Virus record (IMG/VR): IMGVR_UViG_3300037408_000121
Span: 1 to 37,169 of that record
Strand: one strand, 5' to 3'
DNA from: a virus
Lineage: Duplodnaviria; Caudoviricetes
Length of the DNA stretch: 37,169 nucleotides
Part shown: piece after piece, positions 26,901 through 34,519 of the stretch
How the letters are laid out: each line of letters begins with the position of its first letter
Numbering within the stretch: position 1 is the first letter of the stretch
Notes under the pieces: generated by a model
What the model was told of the DNA's origin: nothing
The model's database searches: none
Seen by the model: only the letters and a program-made list of their open reading frames with translations
Program-made: the position numbers and the translations under genes

Positions 26901-27871
26901 GGCCCGACAACGGGAACTGGGAGTTCACGACCGCGACCGACCCGACCGTCGCCAACAAGTACCAGCGGATCGAGACGAAGGAGATCGAGACCTACGTTCG
27001 CTTCCTCGCCCCGGCGACCACGCTGGCGGGCCGGATGCTCGTGCTCGCGCAGCGGCCTCCCGTTCGCGCCCGCGTGGTCACTCACTCCAAGCTGTTCCGT
27101 CGTCGGATCGGCGACATCGTCTCGGTCACGCGCAAGCGGGCGCTGGCCCAGGACGGCACCTTCGTAAACAAGCCGTTTCGCATCATCGCCATCGAGCCGA
27201 ACGCCATCGAGGGCCGCGTGCAGGCAGACCTCGTGGAAGCTGAGGCGCTGGTCGCTGGCGTCAACTGCATCTCCACATGCCAGGAGCTGTGCCAGCTCTC
27301 CACGCAGAGCGAGTGCTCCGTGGTGTCGCAGACGTCCTGCGTCGTCGTATGCCAGAGCAACTGCATGGTGTCGTGCCAGAACTGCGGAGAGAGCGGGTTC
27401 TGCCAGACATCCTGCGAGCTAGTCTGTCAGGCATGCGGGCAGACCGGCTTCTGCCAGACCTGCGGTCAGGTCGGCTTCTGCGAGGTCTGCGGTCAGGCGG
27501 CGGGGCCATGTCAGACTGTCTGCGAGCTTGGATCGCAGACCTGTTCCGAGGGCTGTGAGGTTTCCTGCCAGCTCTGCGGAGAGTCCGGCTTCTGTCAGAC
27601 ATCCTGTGAGGTGGCGTGCCAGGACTGCGGGCAGGCGGCGAACTGTCAGACGTGCGCTCAAGGCGTCGGATGTGAGACGTGCGGTGAAGCGGCGGGACCG
27701 TGTCAGACTTGTGCTCAGGGTGTCGGGTGCGAGAGTTGCGGTGAAGCGGGAGCCTTCTGTGAGGTGTGCGGCCAGTCGAGCGGCCCATGCCAGACGACCT
27801 GTCAGCTAACAGGGTGCGAGACGGCGTGTCAATTTTCCTGTCAGACGGAGGTCCAGACAGACATACCATGA
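23975..27871 (+). CDS. Large tail-tip/hub protein with carbohydrate-binding-like domains and a C-terminal Cys-repeat domain
   Basis: GTGA overlap; 1298 aa; FRN.DG..F.G.I, P.FFG and IGDIVSVT hub-like motifs; GSFE..GW...FDNV CBM-like segment; the last ~200 aa contain 42 Cys. Confidence 0.8.
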   Translation: MSDLGLQSGLPTYEQLCEASHGQRRSHFVLRPSVALTDWSVHSGNCYVSELDRQYRGLRRDVVGVKVLDEAPLTRAETLAACISTANTFYYDPDEEFAYPLFVWDSSYWDIGVLGGTDPDDSHYWDQFTRVYVNLGGTDPETTSVLCELGFYIGQEGLVQPSLGEDLLSIGSFETLTGWTTAATAPDTIALDTPLAPSGSYAVKLTAAGSTGDSLLAYKVLSSSFVVGRRYRIAGHYETGADNANGLSAQFAVYKSPDYIQSNGRDHSSTAAYPALANTGGVTRRFTFDFIAWDTELGLYLYAGKTGASSSGYVKFDNVTIRRIWRYDTYEARIARDDVPSSQQSSPGIFFSGKSVGVGGLSFRNADGAYDLALGQLTWIGHTVEHHIGGSVPGVGTVDREEWDQRFTGIIQNVTFTDEEVEFALDDARTRFHKDLPTNFLSAEDANIESQSRGKPEPLFFGGKENIRPIRIGYDATYSKYPLCLVADCADAPNGIYAIDGVWAYEGVDTATVVDTAARLTLAVVSSVTPTLPLFKPRVAMTETYPSSYQTTLTKAASASWTDNVAVSTGVLHGDGYVEFVTGSATVQLCLGLATLDKQKLDKADIDYGANLNGSGQLQARILDTLTGSTYATGTTTKIRVERVGSTVYLKYAESPYSTWTTLHTYAATTSAPLCVKVSIYSSSGVASSITVLGFGQVSADLSTGTFTVREDVEPVRVTLDNQFLNFDVGGSELTATIPTGLYTRRQLSCEIAHQMKAQTGASALHCYYSNSTNFFTISAPSGTLNLRITTGSNKDASAWGLLGFTRDANDTGALTYSSNAAVWDVTQIDSKIILRVTGRGYKDDALGTYTGTADALIQKGTDIARAIIRRWLKRPASEIDETTFTASRTTAPESLAIYLQAQESSQRIFERLESSNAANIIIGGDGKVYYIVNAYDNEEVPLTSRIEERDYLAKPVFERKIEEVFRTVIVKYNQRPDNGNWEFTTATDPTVANKYQRIETKEIETYVRFLAPATTLAGRMLVLAQRPPVRARVVTHSKLFRRRIGDIVSVTRKRALAQDGTFVNKPFRIIAIEPNAIEGRVQADLVEAEALVAGVNCISTCQELCQLSTQSECSVVSQTSCVVVCQSNCMVSCQNCGESGFCQTSCELVCQACGQTGFCQTCGQVGFCEVCGQAAGPCQTVCELGSQTCSEGCEVSCQLCGESGFCQTSCEVACQDCGQAANCQTCAQGVGCETCGEAAGPCQTCAQGVGCESCGEAGAFCEVCGQSSGPCQTTCQLTGCETACQFSCQTEVQTDIP
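27266..27868 (+). repeat. Cys-rich peptide repeats (CxxxC / CxxC; units such as CGESGFCQTSCE, CQTCAQGVGCE.CGEA)
   Basis: 42 Cys in ~200 aa; duplicated units at 27383/27575 and 27644/27701 differ mostly at synonymous sites. Confidence 0.9.
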
Positions 27872-29313
27872 AGCCCACCGGCCAGCGACACATCTGGCTG
27901 TGCGTCACGCGGACTTGCAATCTCGCGTGCACGTACTGCTATCAGGGCAGCCACGTTCACGTCCCCGACCGGCTCACGAAACACATGAGCGTCGAGGTGG
28001 CGCAGAAGGCTATCGACTGGTCGCACGAGTGGGCGCAAGGCCCGCTGACGGTCTGCTACTACGGGGGCGAGCCGCTGCTGCGATTCGAACTCCTCAAGCT
28101 GATCCCCGAGTGGCGCGAGGCCCGCAAGCAGCGCGGCCTTCCCTCGCTGGCCGTCTCCGTGACGACCAACGGGACGCTGCTGACGCCCGAGGTCCGCTCC
28201 TTCATGGATAAGAACGGCGTCGGGATGCTGCTCTCGCTCGATGGGCCTAAGCGGTTCCACGACAAGAGCCGCCCGTACCACTCCGGCGTCAAGTCCTCGT
28301 GGGACCAGATCGACCCACTGAGCGTCCTCAAGTGGAGGCCACGGCTGGAGATCGCATGGCAGTTGGACCCCAGGAACTTCGACCCTGCCAGCGGCGCAGA
28401 GCAGATCACCCCCGACGTGGTCCGCGAGATGATGGAGATGGGGTTCCGCAACATCAACTTCAACGTGAACTGGCTCGACCGCTGGTCGGAGGTCGCCCGC
28501 TGGAACGTGCAGTGGCTCTTCAAGAGCCTCACGCTCTGGATGCTGGAGCGACAGGCGGCGATGGAGCGCAACGACCCGAAGGCCCACGAGATCGGCCTCG
28601 GCTGCAACTGGTTCGGGAAGCTGAGGAAGGCCCTGGAGACCGACGTGAAGATGGTCCAGCCCTGCGGCACGGGCCTGATGATGGTCGGCGTCTCCCCCGA
28701 GGGCTGGCTCTATCCGTCGCAGGAGATGGTCTACACGGTGGAGAAGCCCGACCGCGCGCCGGGCACGAGCGAGTTCTACCGCATCGGAGACCTGAACAAG
28801 ACCCCGGTACTGGACGTGGTCAGGCTGGCCGAGGTCTCGACCATCAGGACCGAGCAGATGCGCCCGCCCGCGCCGTTCAAGTGCGAGACCTGCGTCGCCA
28901 AGAGCGCCAGCATCGGCGGCTGTCACTGCCGCTACGTCGGGCAGGACGGAATGGACCCGAGCAACCGCTTCGACGTGACGCCCGGCTACTGCGAGTCGAC
29001 GGTCGCCATCCATGCCGGGATGCTCATGGGGGCCTCAGTCGCCCGCTGGATCAGGCCGCAGGGCTGGAGCGGGAAGCCCTACACGGGCTCTATGGAGGGC
29101 TTCGGGGCCTACAAGGGGGGAGGGCCTACCCCGGCCGCGAAACCCCTGCCTGCGGCCAGCCAGGGGCCTTCTCCGGCCGGTCTGGAGCTTGCCGCCGTGC
29201 CCGGTAATGGCAAAACGCAGCCCGCTCGCGTTGAGGGCGTCGAGGCGCTCGTTCGCAAGGTCATCCGCGAGGAGCTGAGCCGCTCGCCGCTCGTGCGGAT
29301 AGAGGAGGTCTGA
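27868..29313 (+). CDS. Radical SAM enzyme with SPASM-like domain (peptide/protein maturase-type)
   Basis: ATGA overlap; CNLACTYC, GGEPLL, TTNGTLL, SLDG; C-terminal CG.G..SPEG.LYPS..CETC..GGC.C..YC. Confidence 0.9.
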   Translation: MKPTGQRHIWLCVTRTCNLACTYCYQGSHVHVPDRLTKHMSVEVAQKAIDWSHEWAQGPLTVCYYGGEPLLRFELLKLIPEWREARKQRGLPSLAVSVTTNGTLLTPEVRSFMDKNGVGMLLSLDGPKRFHDKSRPYHSGVKSSWDQIDPLSVLKWRPRLEIAWQLDPRNFDPASGAEQITPDVVREMMEMGFRNINFNVNWLDRWSEVARWNVQWLFKSLTLWMLERQAAMERNDPKAHEIGLGCNWFGKLRKALETDVKMVQPCGTGLMMVGVSPEGWLYPSQEMVYTVEKPDRAPGTSEFYRIGDLNKTPVLDVVRLAEVSTIRTEQMRPPAPFKCETCVAKSASIGGCHCRYVGQDGMDPSNRFDVTPGYCESTVAIHAGMLMGASVARWIRPQGWSGKPYTGSMEGFGAYKGGGPTPAAKPLPAASQGPSPAGLELAAVPGNGKTQPARVEGVEALVRKVIREELSRSPLVRIEEV

Positions 29314-29314
29314 C

Positions 29315-30553
29315 ATGGCGCTCGACCTGACCAAGCCGGTAGCGAACAGCAAGGGCGCGAGCGCCGAGATGCGGGCCAACTTCACGGCCCTCGCTCGCGC
29401 GCTCGGCCACGTCAGCCTCGTCCGCGACGGCGGTTTCCGCGTGTGGGCCGAGAGCGACAGCGCCGCACCCTCGCACTACACGACCGTAGGCACTGTGCCG
29501 ACCATCGCGCGGGTCGGAACGATCACGGGCACGCTCGACGCCAGCACGGACACGGACACCGCCTACGAGAGCGGAATCGAGAGCACAGCCAAGGTCGGCG
29601 ACATCTTCCGCAATACCACTCGCAGCAAGACGCGCCTCGTCACGGCTGTCGGCACGAACTACGTGGACCTTGACTCGGCCATCACGTCTCAGGCCAGCGG
29701 CGACACCTTCTACTTGATTCCGTGTCTCTATCCACACAACGCCCTCAAGCTGACGCGCGGCGCTAGCGCGGGAGGCGTCAAGCAGATCGTCCTCAACGCG
29801 ACCGATGCGCTGGAGTGGCTCGGCCGGTTCCGTGGCGGCTACGTTTCCATCGGCTGCGCTGTTCATGCGCTCGTCGGATCGAACGCGCGGCTCGCCATCT
29901 ACGACGGCGTTGACACGACCTACAGCGACTACCATACGAACGTGGCCGGGTGGGAATGGCTCGAAGTCGTCCATCCGTTCGACGATGACTGGAACACGCT
30001 GGAGTTCCACATGCTCGTCGAGGCGTCGTCGAGCGCCGCGTGCTTCTCTGGCCTGACGGGTCTGCTCGGCGACGCTGCACCGCAGGGGTACATCCCCGGT
30101 CGCGTGCAGCCGGGACTCATCCAGTTCACGTATCCCGGCACGCCAGTGGTGGACAGCGGCTCGCCGAACGGCTACCAGCGAGTCACCCTCGGCTGGCCCG
30201 CGTGGATCTCGGGTGTGAGCGCCTCGATGTCGGACCCGACCGACTCGACGGCGATGACCGTCGATCTCTACAAGTACGAGAGCGCGGCGTGGGCGTCGAT
30301 CCTGTCCTCGGCCATGAGCATCGGCACGTCCGGTGTCCCCTCGTCGCATCCGGCCTTCAGCAGCTACAACAAGCAGTGCCTCGACGGGCGCATCGCGCTC
30401 GACACGCCAGCGGCAGCGTACTCCGAGATCGGCAGCAAGATCACCGGCGCGGGCAGCGGCACGCTCTCGGACCTGCGCGTGCTGATCCACACGCTGCAAT
30501 ACTTCGGGGCACTCGACGGCCATCAGCGCCTCGGCAGCTTCGGGAGACAGTAG
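29315..30553 (+). CDS. Putative tail/virion protein
   Basis: GGAGG RBS; N-terminal SAEMRANF..L motif; beta-rich; YH...GWEWL.V CBM-like segment. Confidence 0.65.
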   Translation: MALDLTKPVANSKGASAEMRANFTALARALGHVSLVRDGGFRVWAESDSAAPSHYTTVGTVPTIARVGTITGTLDASTDTDTAYESGIESTAKVGDIFRNTTRSKTRLVTAVGTNYVDLDSAITSQASGDTFYLIPCLYPHNALKLTRGASAGGVKQIVLNATDALEWLGRFRGGYVSIGCAVHALVGSNARLAIYDGVDTTYSDYHTNVAGWEWLEVVHPFDDDWNTLEFHMLVEASSSAACFSGLTGLLGDAAPQGYIPGRVQPGLIQFTYPGTPVVDSGSPNGYQRVTLGWPAWISGVSASMSDPTDSTAMTVDLYKYESAAWASILSSAMSIGTSGVPSSHPAFSSYNKQCLDGRIALDTPAAAYSEIGSKITGAGSGTLSDLRVLIHTLQYFGALDGHQRLGSFGRQ

Positions 30554-31354
30554 GTGCCCGGCCCGATCACCGCGAAGCTCTCCCCGAGCGCCTACGACAG
30601 CGGCAGCGGGGCGTGGAGCGCGACCGGGGGCTCGATCCCCGACATCCTCAAGGACGCGAGCAGCGGGACGTATCTCTACAAGTCGATTCTGTTTACAGTC
30701 GGTGGCACCCTCTACACGTTCTACTACACGCTTGAGGACATCCCGACGTTCGCGCTCGATGTTGGAGCAGCAAAGGCCCTCTGTTGGGTCGGAGTCCAAG
30801 TTCCCTACGACGGAAACTGCGAATTCAAGGCCGGTTTCCGAACCGATGGAGGCTCGGATAGGTGCTGGCACGGAGCGTATCTCTACTATCCGTCCACGAG
30901 CGGAACCTACGGCGCGAACAACTCGCTGGTGGACATCACGAGCGTCTCGCCGCACTACGGGTCAGGCACCTACAATCCGACCACTCCGACACAGGTGAAC
31001 GCGATCAAGGCGTTCTGGCTTTGCGACGCTCAGGCAGACCCGCAGGATTCAGCCAACGAGTATCTCTACGAACACTACCTCCAGATCCAGTATGGAGTGC
31101 CATCAGGGTCAGTCCTCCACAACGTCGCCTCGTTCCTCGGGCCGATCTTCGGGGCGGCGCTGACGTGGGCCGAGTGGTGCAGGATGCGGACGATGTTGGC
31201 CGACAGCCGCTACATCATCACCCGGAGTGACGGACGACGGCACGGCCCTATCGTCATGGACGACGAGGAGGCCGCGCGGTGGTGGCGCGAGCTACGGGAT
31301 ATCAGCTTCCGGCCGAAGCGGTACTTCGATCTTCGCGGGCTCTGCCCCGCATAG
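30554..31354 (+). CDS. Putative virion protein (Tyr/Ser/Thr-rich beta domain)
   Basis: GTG start after GGAG; end of the tail module; looks slightly more AT-rich than its neighbours. Confidence 0.6.
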   Translation: MPGPITAKLSPSAYDSGSGAWSATGGSIPDILKDASSGTYLYKSILFTVGGTLYTFYYTLEDIPTFALDVGAAKALCWVGVQVPYDGNCEFKAGFRTDGGSDRCWHGAYLYYPSTSGTYGANNSLVDITSVSPHYGSGTYNPTTPTQVNAIKAFWLCDAQADPQDSANEYLYEHYLQIQYGVPSGSVLHNVASFLGPIFGAALTWAEWCRMRTMLADSRYIITRSDGRRHGPIVMDDEEAARWWRELRDISFRPKRYFDLRGLCPA

Positions 31355-31363
31355 GAGGACAGG

Positions 31364-31651
31364 ATGGCGCACGAGAACGCAATCAGGACGGTGACGCGGT
31401 GCCGCACGGCGGCGAAGCTGCTGCAAGAGGCGATGGACGCGGCGGCGGCGGCAAACGCCGAGTACACGGCAATGGGCGGCATCGGCTCGGCGGGACCGCT
31501 GGACGACTACCTCGCGGTGGCCGCGAAGGACGGCACGGTGCCGTCGCTCGACTTCACGGCCTCGGAGTTCGCCACGGGCGTCGCCAACATCAACTCGCTG
31601 GCGGGCGAGGTCGAGGCTGTGCTGCCCGCGCTGGTGAAAATCAAGGGCTAG
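31364..31651 (+). CDS. Hypothetical Ala-rich protein (95 aa)
   Basis: AGGAGG RBS; last rightward gene of the late operon. Confidence 0.7.
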   Translation: MAHENAIRTVTRCRTAAKLLQEAMDAAAAANAEYTAMGGIGSAGPLDDYLAVAAKDGTVPSLDFTASEFATGVANINSLAGEVEAVLPALVKIKG

Positions 31652-31917
31652 TCGCGGTGCAGGCAGGCGTCGGGCTGGCGGTTCGTGGAGTGGATCTCGT
31701 TGTGGAGGTAGGTGCGCCGCGCTCCCGCGAAGTCGTACTCCACCCGCCAGCGCCCACACCGGCACAGGCCCACCGTGACGGTGTCGGCGGAACCAGCGCC
31801 AGGCACGAACGGCTCAGCCCGCAGGAACATCAGGTAGCCGCCGACCGCCCGCACGTCGCTCTCGCTGGTCATCGGCGTGGTGGTCCGAACGCGCCCGGCC
31901 TTCATTCTCACGCTCAC
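31648..31917 (-). CDS. Hypothetical protein (CxC, HxxxH..C motifs)
   Basis: GTGA overlap with the upstream minus-strand gene; convergent with the late operon. Confidence 0.55.
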   Translation of the reverse strand: MSVRMKAGRVRTTTPMTSESDVRAVGGYLMFLRAEPFVPGAGSADTVTVGLCRCGRWRVEYDFAGARRTYLHNEIHSTNRQPDACLHRD

Positions 31918-32429
31918 AACAGCCCCCTTCCGCTCGCATGGCGCAGGCGGTGCTCGATGAGCGCCGCCTCGCCGAAGATCGACTCGATGCTCGCCTCCAG
32001 CCGCTCCCGCGTCTCGGCGCGGAGACGGTCCCGGTTCTCGGCGAGGTAGCTCTCCCGCCAGCGCACGCGGTCCTCGGCCAGCGCCGCCTCATGGTCGCGG
32101 CCGACGCACTCGCACGTCACGCCGGGGACCTCTAGGCACTTGTCGCCTTCCGGTCCCATCTCCGGGTCGCACTCGACTCCCGTCCAGCGACCGCACTCGT
32201 CGCACAGCGACAGGTAGATGCCGCTGGAGAGAACCTGCCCGTGGTGGACGTAGTGGTGGCAGTGCAACCGGACCTCGCCATCCTCGGCGAACCCGACCAC
32301 GGACTCGACGGGGAGGAAGCGACCGTCGTCCATCAGCACGGGCACGCCGGACTCGGCGTGGCAGTGCGCTCCCTCGGACTCAACGAAGGCCCGCCCGCCC
32401 CCGCACTCTCGGCATTCGCTGGTGTGCAT
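31914..32429 (-). CDS. Cys/His-rich hypothetical protein (MHTSECRECGG...)
   Basis: ATG at 32429 with GGGAGG RBS on the minus strand; two CxxC motifs plus CxC and a His cluster; helical charged C-terminus. Confidence 0.7.
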   Translation of the reverse strand: MHTSECRECGGGRAFVESEGAHCHAESGVPVLMDDGRFLPVESVVGFAEDGEVRLHCHHYVHHGQVLSSGIYLSLCDECGRWTGVECDPEMGPEGDKCLEVPGVTCECVGRDHEAALAEDRVRWRESYLAENRDRLRAETRERLEASIESIFGEAALIEHRLRHASGRGLL

Positions 32430-32527
32430 CTGAGCCTCCCTACCTGCTAGACGCCGCACCGCCCCCGGCCTGACAGTAAGAGGAGTGGGCCGCCCCCGGC
32501 CCCCCGGCGACCGGCCGGGGCCTGCCG

Positions 32528-32586
32528 GGGGCTTTCGGGGGGCCTCCTGGCCGCCTACGAGGGCCGTGGAGGGGCTTTCGGGGGGC
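32528..32586. repeat. 16-bp direct repeat GGGGCTTTCGGGGGGC (2 copies)
   Basis: Exact copies at 32528-32543 and 32571-32586; partial inverted relatives at 32641-32670. Confidence 0.75.
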
Positions 32587-32675
32587 GGCTAGGGCTGGTG
32601 GCCTACGCCCCATTCCCCCGCCCCGCCAAGGGCCTAAAGGCCCGGAAAGCCGCCAAAAGCCCCCGAAAAAGGGGG

Positions 32676-32704
32676 TTGACTCCCCTACCTTTCTTTAATA
32701 AAGT
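32676..32704 (+). promoter_or_regulatory. Strong sigma70-type promoter TTGACT-17 nt-TAAAGT
   Basis: Near-consensus hexamers with optimal spacing, in one of very few AT-rich patches in the window; upstream A-tracts. Confidence 0.75.
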
Positions 32705-32709
32705 TCCGT

Positions 32710-33575
32710 TCGGCGGGCAGCCGCCGGGCTCATTAAAAACCCACCGGGAAGGGCAAGCGGGACCGAGCGCGAACGGCCACCGGGTGCCGGGGCTGGCGAG
32801 GCCCGGCGACGGCGGAAGCGGAACGCGACGGCGAGACACCGCAGGGACCCGAGGGAAGCAAGGGCGCGACGCGTGCGCGGCCAGTAGCCGCCGAAGAGCA
32901 TCCAAGAGCGACAGCCGCATCCACGCGACGCGCTAGATCAGCCACCCTCGTGGAACCAGCCCTCAGCGGGGTGGGCGAGAATCCACCCCGCGCGGACGCA
33001 GGGAGCAGACCTTGCCCCACCCGCGCAAAGCCGCCCAACGGCGACACGCGCGGTGCAGCGAAAACGCCGCCGACCATCAGATGTCGGGCTCGCGGCGGGG
33101 CACACGGTCCCCCACCAGGATTCGCAGCCTGAACCTCGACGCCGCACCGACCGCACCGGCCGCCGAAGTGCTTTCAAGAGCTGGTCGGATGGTTCGAAAG
33201 GAAGCCAGCGACGAGGAGGATGGGGAGCAACCGCGACGAACGATCTCCAGCCCTCGGAACCAGAACCGAGGCGGTGTTCCTGACAGGCGATCCGCAGGGG
33301 CAGCAGCCACGGCGCGACTGAGAGGCGCACGGGCTGCCGCCTCCCCGCTAGGGTCGAGGACCATGGACTCCGAGCGCCGTTCGGACGGGCCGAGTAGCGC
33401 AGAGGCGCACCTTGAAAGGGTGCTGCGCGGAAGGAGCCACCCGGTCGGACGGGACGCAGGAGACTTCGACCCTAGCGTGGAGGCGAGGCCGCTCCCGATG
33501 CTCACGAGCGCACGCCGGGCGAGCGGCGTGAAGAGCCGGAGGAAGGAGCGGCCGAACCTTTTGACTGAAGGAATG
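32710..33575 (+). ncRNA. Candidate large structured ncRNA or very long structured leader
   Basis: No credible ORF; many nested inverted repeats; lies between a strong promoter and the first gene with an RBS. Confidence 0.45.
32711..32740 (+). promoter_or_regulatory. boxB-like hairpin followed by boxA-like antitermination site
   Basis: CGGCGG-gcag-CCGCCG then GCTCATTAAAAA (10/12 match to boxA GCTCTTTAACAA), just after the predicted +1. Confidence 0.5.
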
Positions 33576-33585
33576 GAGGCCGACA

Positions 33586-33894
33586 ATGGCGAAGACGAAG
33601 CTGGAGAAGATCCGCGAGCGGGCAAGGGCGCAGTTCGAGGCGGTCGAGGCGGTCCTCAAGAAGTTCGTCCCCGGCGACCTTGGCGGTCTGGTGGACGCGG
33701 TCATCGAGGAGGACCGCGACGGCCGCATCGTCAACAGCCTGATGGTCAACCTCGGGCTGACGCGGGTCGAGGCGCTGGAGGTGAAGGACGCCCTCAACGG
33801 GACGCCCTGCGCGAAGTGCAAGAAGTGGGTCCCGGCTCGCCGGGAGCGCCTGACCGTTTGCGAGGCGTGCAGGCCCAAGCCGTCCGTCAACTGA
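33586..33894 (+). CDS. Hypothetical protein with C-terminal CxxC...CxxC zinc finger
   Basis: GGAGG RBS; CAKC...CEAC. Confidence 0.8.
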   Translation: MAKTKLEKIRERARAQFEAVEAVLKKFVPGDLGGLVDAVIEEDRDGRIVNSLMVNLGLTRVEALEVKDALNGTPCAKCKKWVPARRERLTVCEACRPKPSVN

Positions 33895-33910
33895 AGAAGG
33901 GAGACCGACA

Positions 33911-34126
33911 ATGCCGAGCATCTTCAAGACGTGCCGTTCCTGCAAGACGCCGGACCTGACGGTTCGGTGGCGGGGCGCGTTCCACATGGCGCTCTGCTCC
34001 CCCTGCGCCCTCGACGCCGAGCGCGAGGCCGTGAGGCAGGCCGCCGAGAGCCTCAAGGCCAGCGTCGCCGACTTCGAGATGGTCCGCCTCAGCCCCAAGG
34101 CCGCCGCGCTCGCGGCGAGGGGGTGA
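33911..34126 (+). CDS. Small CxxC...CxxC protein
   Basis: GGGAG RBS; CRSC...CSPC. Confidence 0.7.
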   Translation: MPSIFKTCRSCKTPDLTVRWRGAFHMALCSPCALDAEREAVRQAAESLKASVADFEMVRLSPKAAALAARG

Positions 34127-34130
34127 CGCC

Positions 34131-34364
34131 ATGACAGTGAACGTGGTGGCCGTGAGGCGGGACGGGCTAACGGTGACGACGCAGGCCGAGGGCTGCGTCG
34201 AGGCGGGGCGCGAAGTCCTCCGATGGGTGAGGGGCGGCTTCTACACGAAGGATGGCTTCTCGGTGGTGCTCTTCGGGTACCCGGACGACCCGCACGCGAA
34301 GCTGGAGCAGTACAGCGTCAGCGAGATCCGCGCGATGGTGGAGGAAGAGGAGCGCATCCGATGA
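34131..34364 (+). CDS. Hypothetical protein
   Basis: GAGGGG upstream; tight packing. Confidence 0.65.
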   Translation: MTVNVVAVRRDGLTVTTQAEGCVEAGREVLRWVRGGFYTKDGFSVVLFGYPDDPHAKLEQYSVSEIRAMVEEEERIR

Positions 34365-34519
34365 GCTACTGGATGGAGCCGCCCGACTCGCCGCCCGAGG
34401 ACGACGTCGTCAACCGCGCCGAATGCGTCGGCTGCGGCGTCGCGCTCGACCCCAAGCTCGACCCGGCAGAGGGGCCGTTCCTCTGCGACGACTGCCATGG
34501 CCCGGAGGAGGAGGACTGA
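34361..34519 (+). CDS. Small acidic zinc-ribbon protein (MSYWMEPPD...)
   Basis: ATGA overlap; GAGGAG RBS; CVGC...CDDC. Confidence 0.65.
   Translation: MSYWMEPPDSPPEDDVVNRAECVGCGVALDPKLDPAEGPFLCDDCHGPEEED

Noticed and set aside
16719-27243. Long alternative-frame + strand ORFs (16719..18827, 21121..22158, 25480..27243)
   Set aside because: Off-frame shadows over recognisable structural genes; Arg-rich with no motifs.
27266-27868. Multiheme cytochrome or ferredoxin reading of the Cys repeats
   Set aside because: There is no His in the region (no CxxCH) and no CxxCxxCxxxCP ferredoxin pattern.
8863-30955. Long minus-strand ORFs (e.g. 8863..11406, 12805..14319, 16843..18489, 24209..27085, 29261..30955)
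   Set aside because: Antisense shadows of well-supported + strand genes, expected in high-GC DNA; Arg/Gly/Val-rich with no motifs.
23975-31354. Diversity-generating retroelement acting on tail genes
   Set aside because: No reverse transcriptase and no template/variable repeat pair with adenine-specific differences seen.
33012-33959. 315-aa + strand ORF and other ORFs over the 32.6-33.6 kb region
   Set aside because: TTG start without RBS, low-complexity Arg/Ala/Gly/Pro content, and overlap with the better ORF at 33586.
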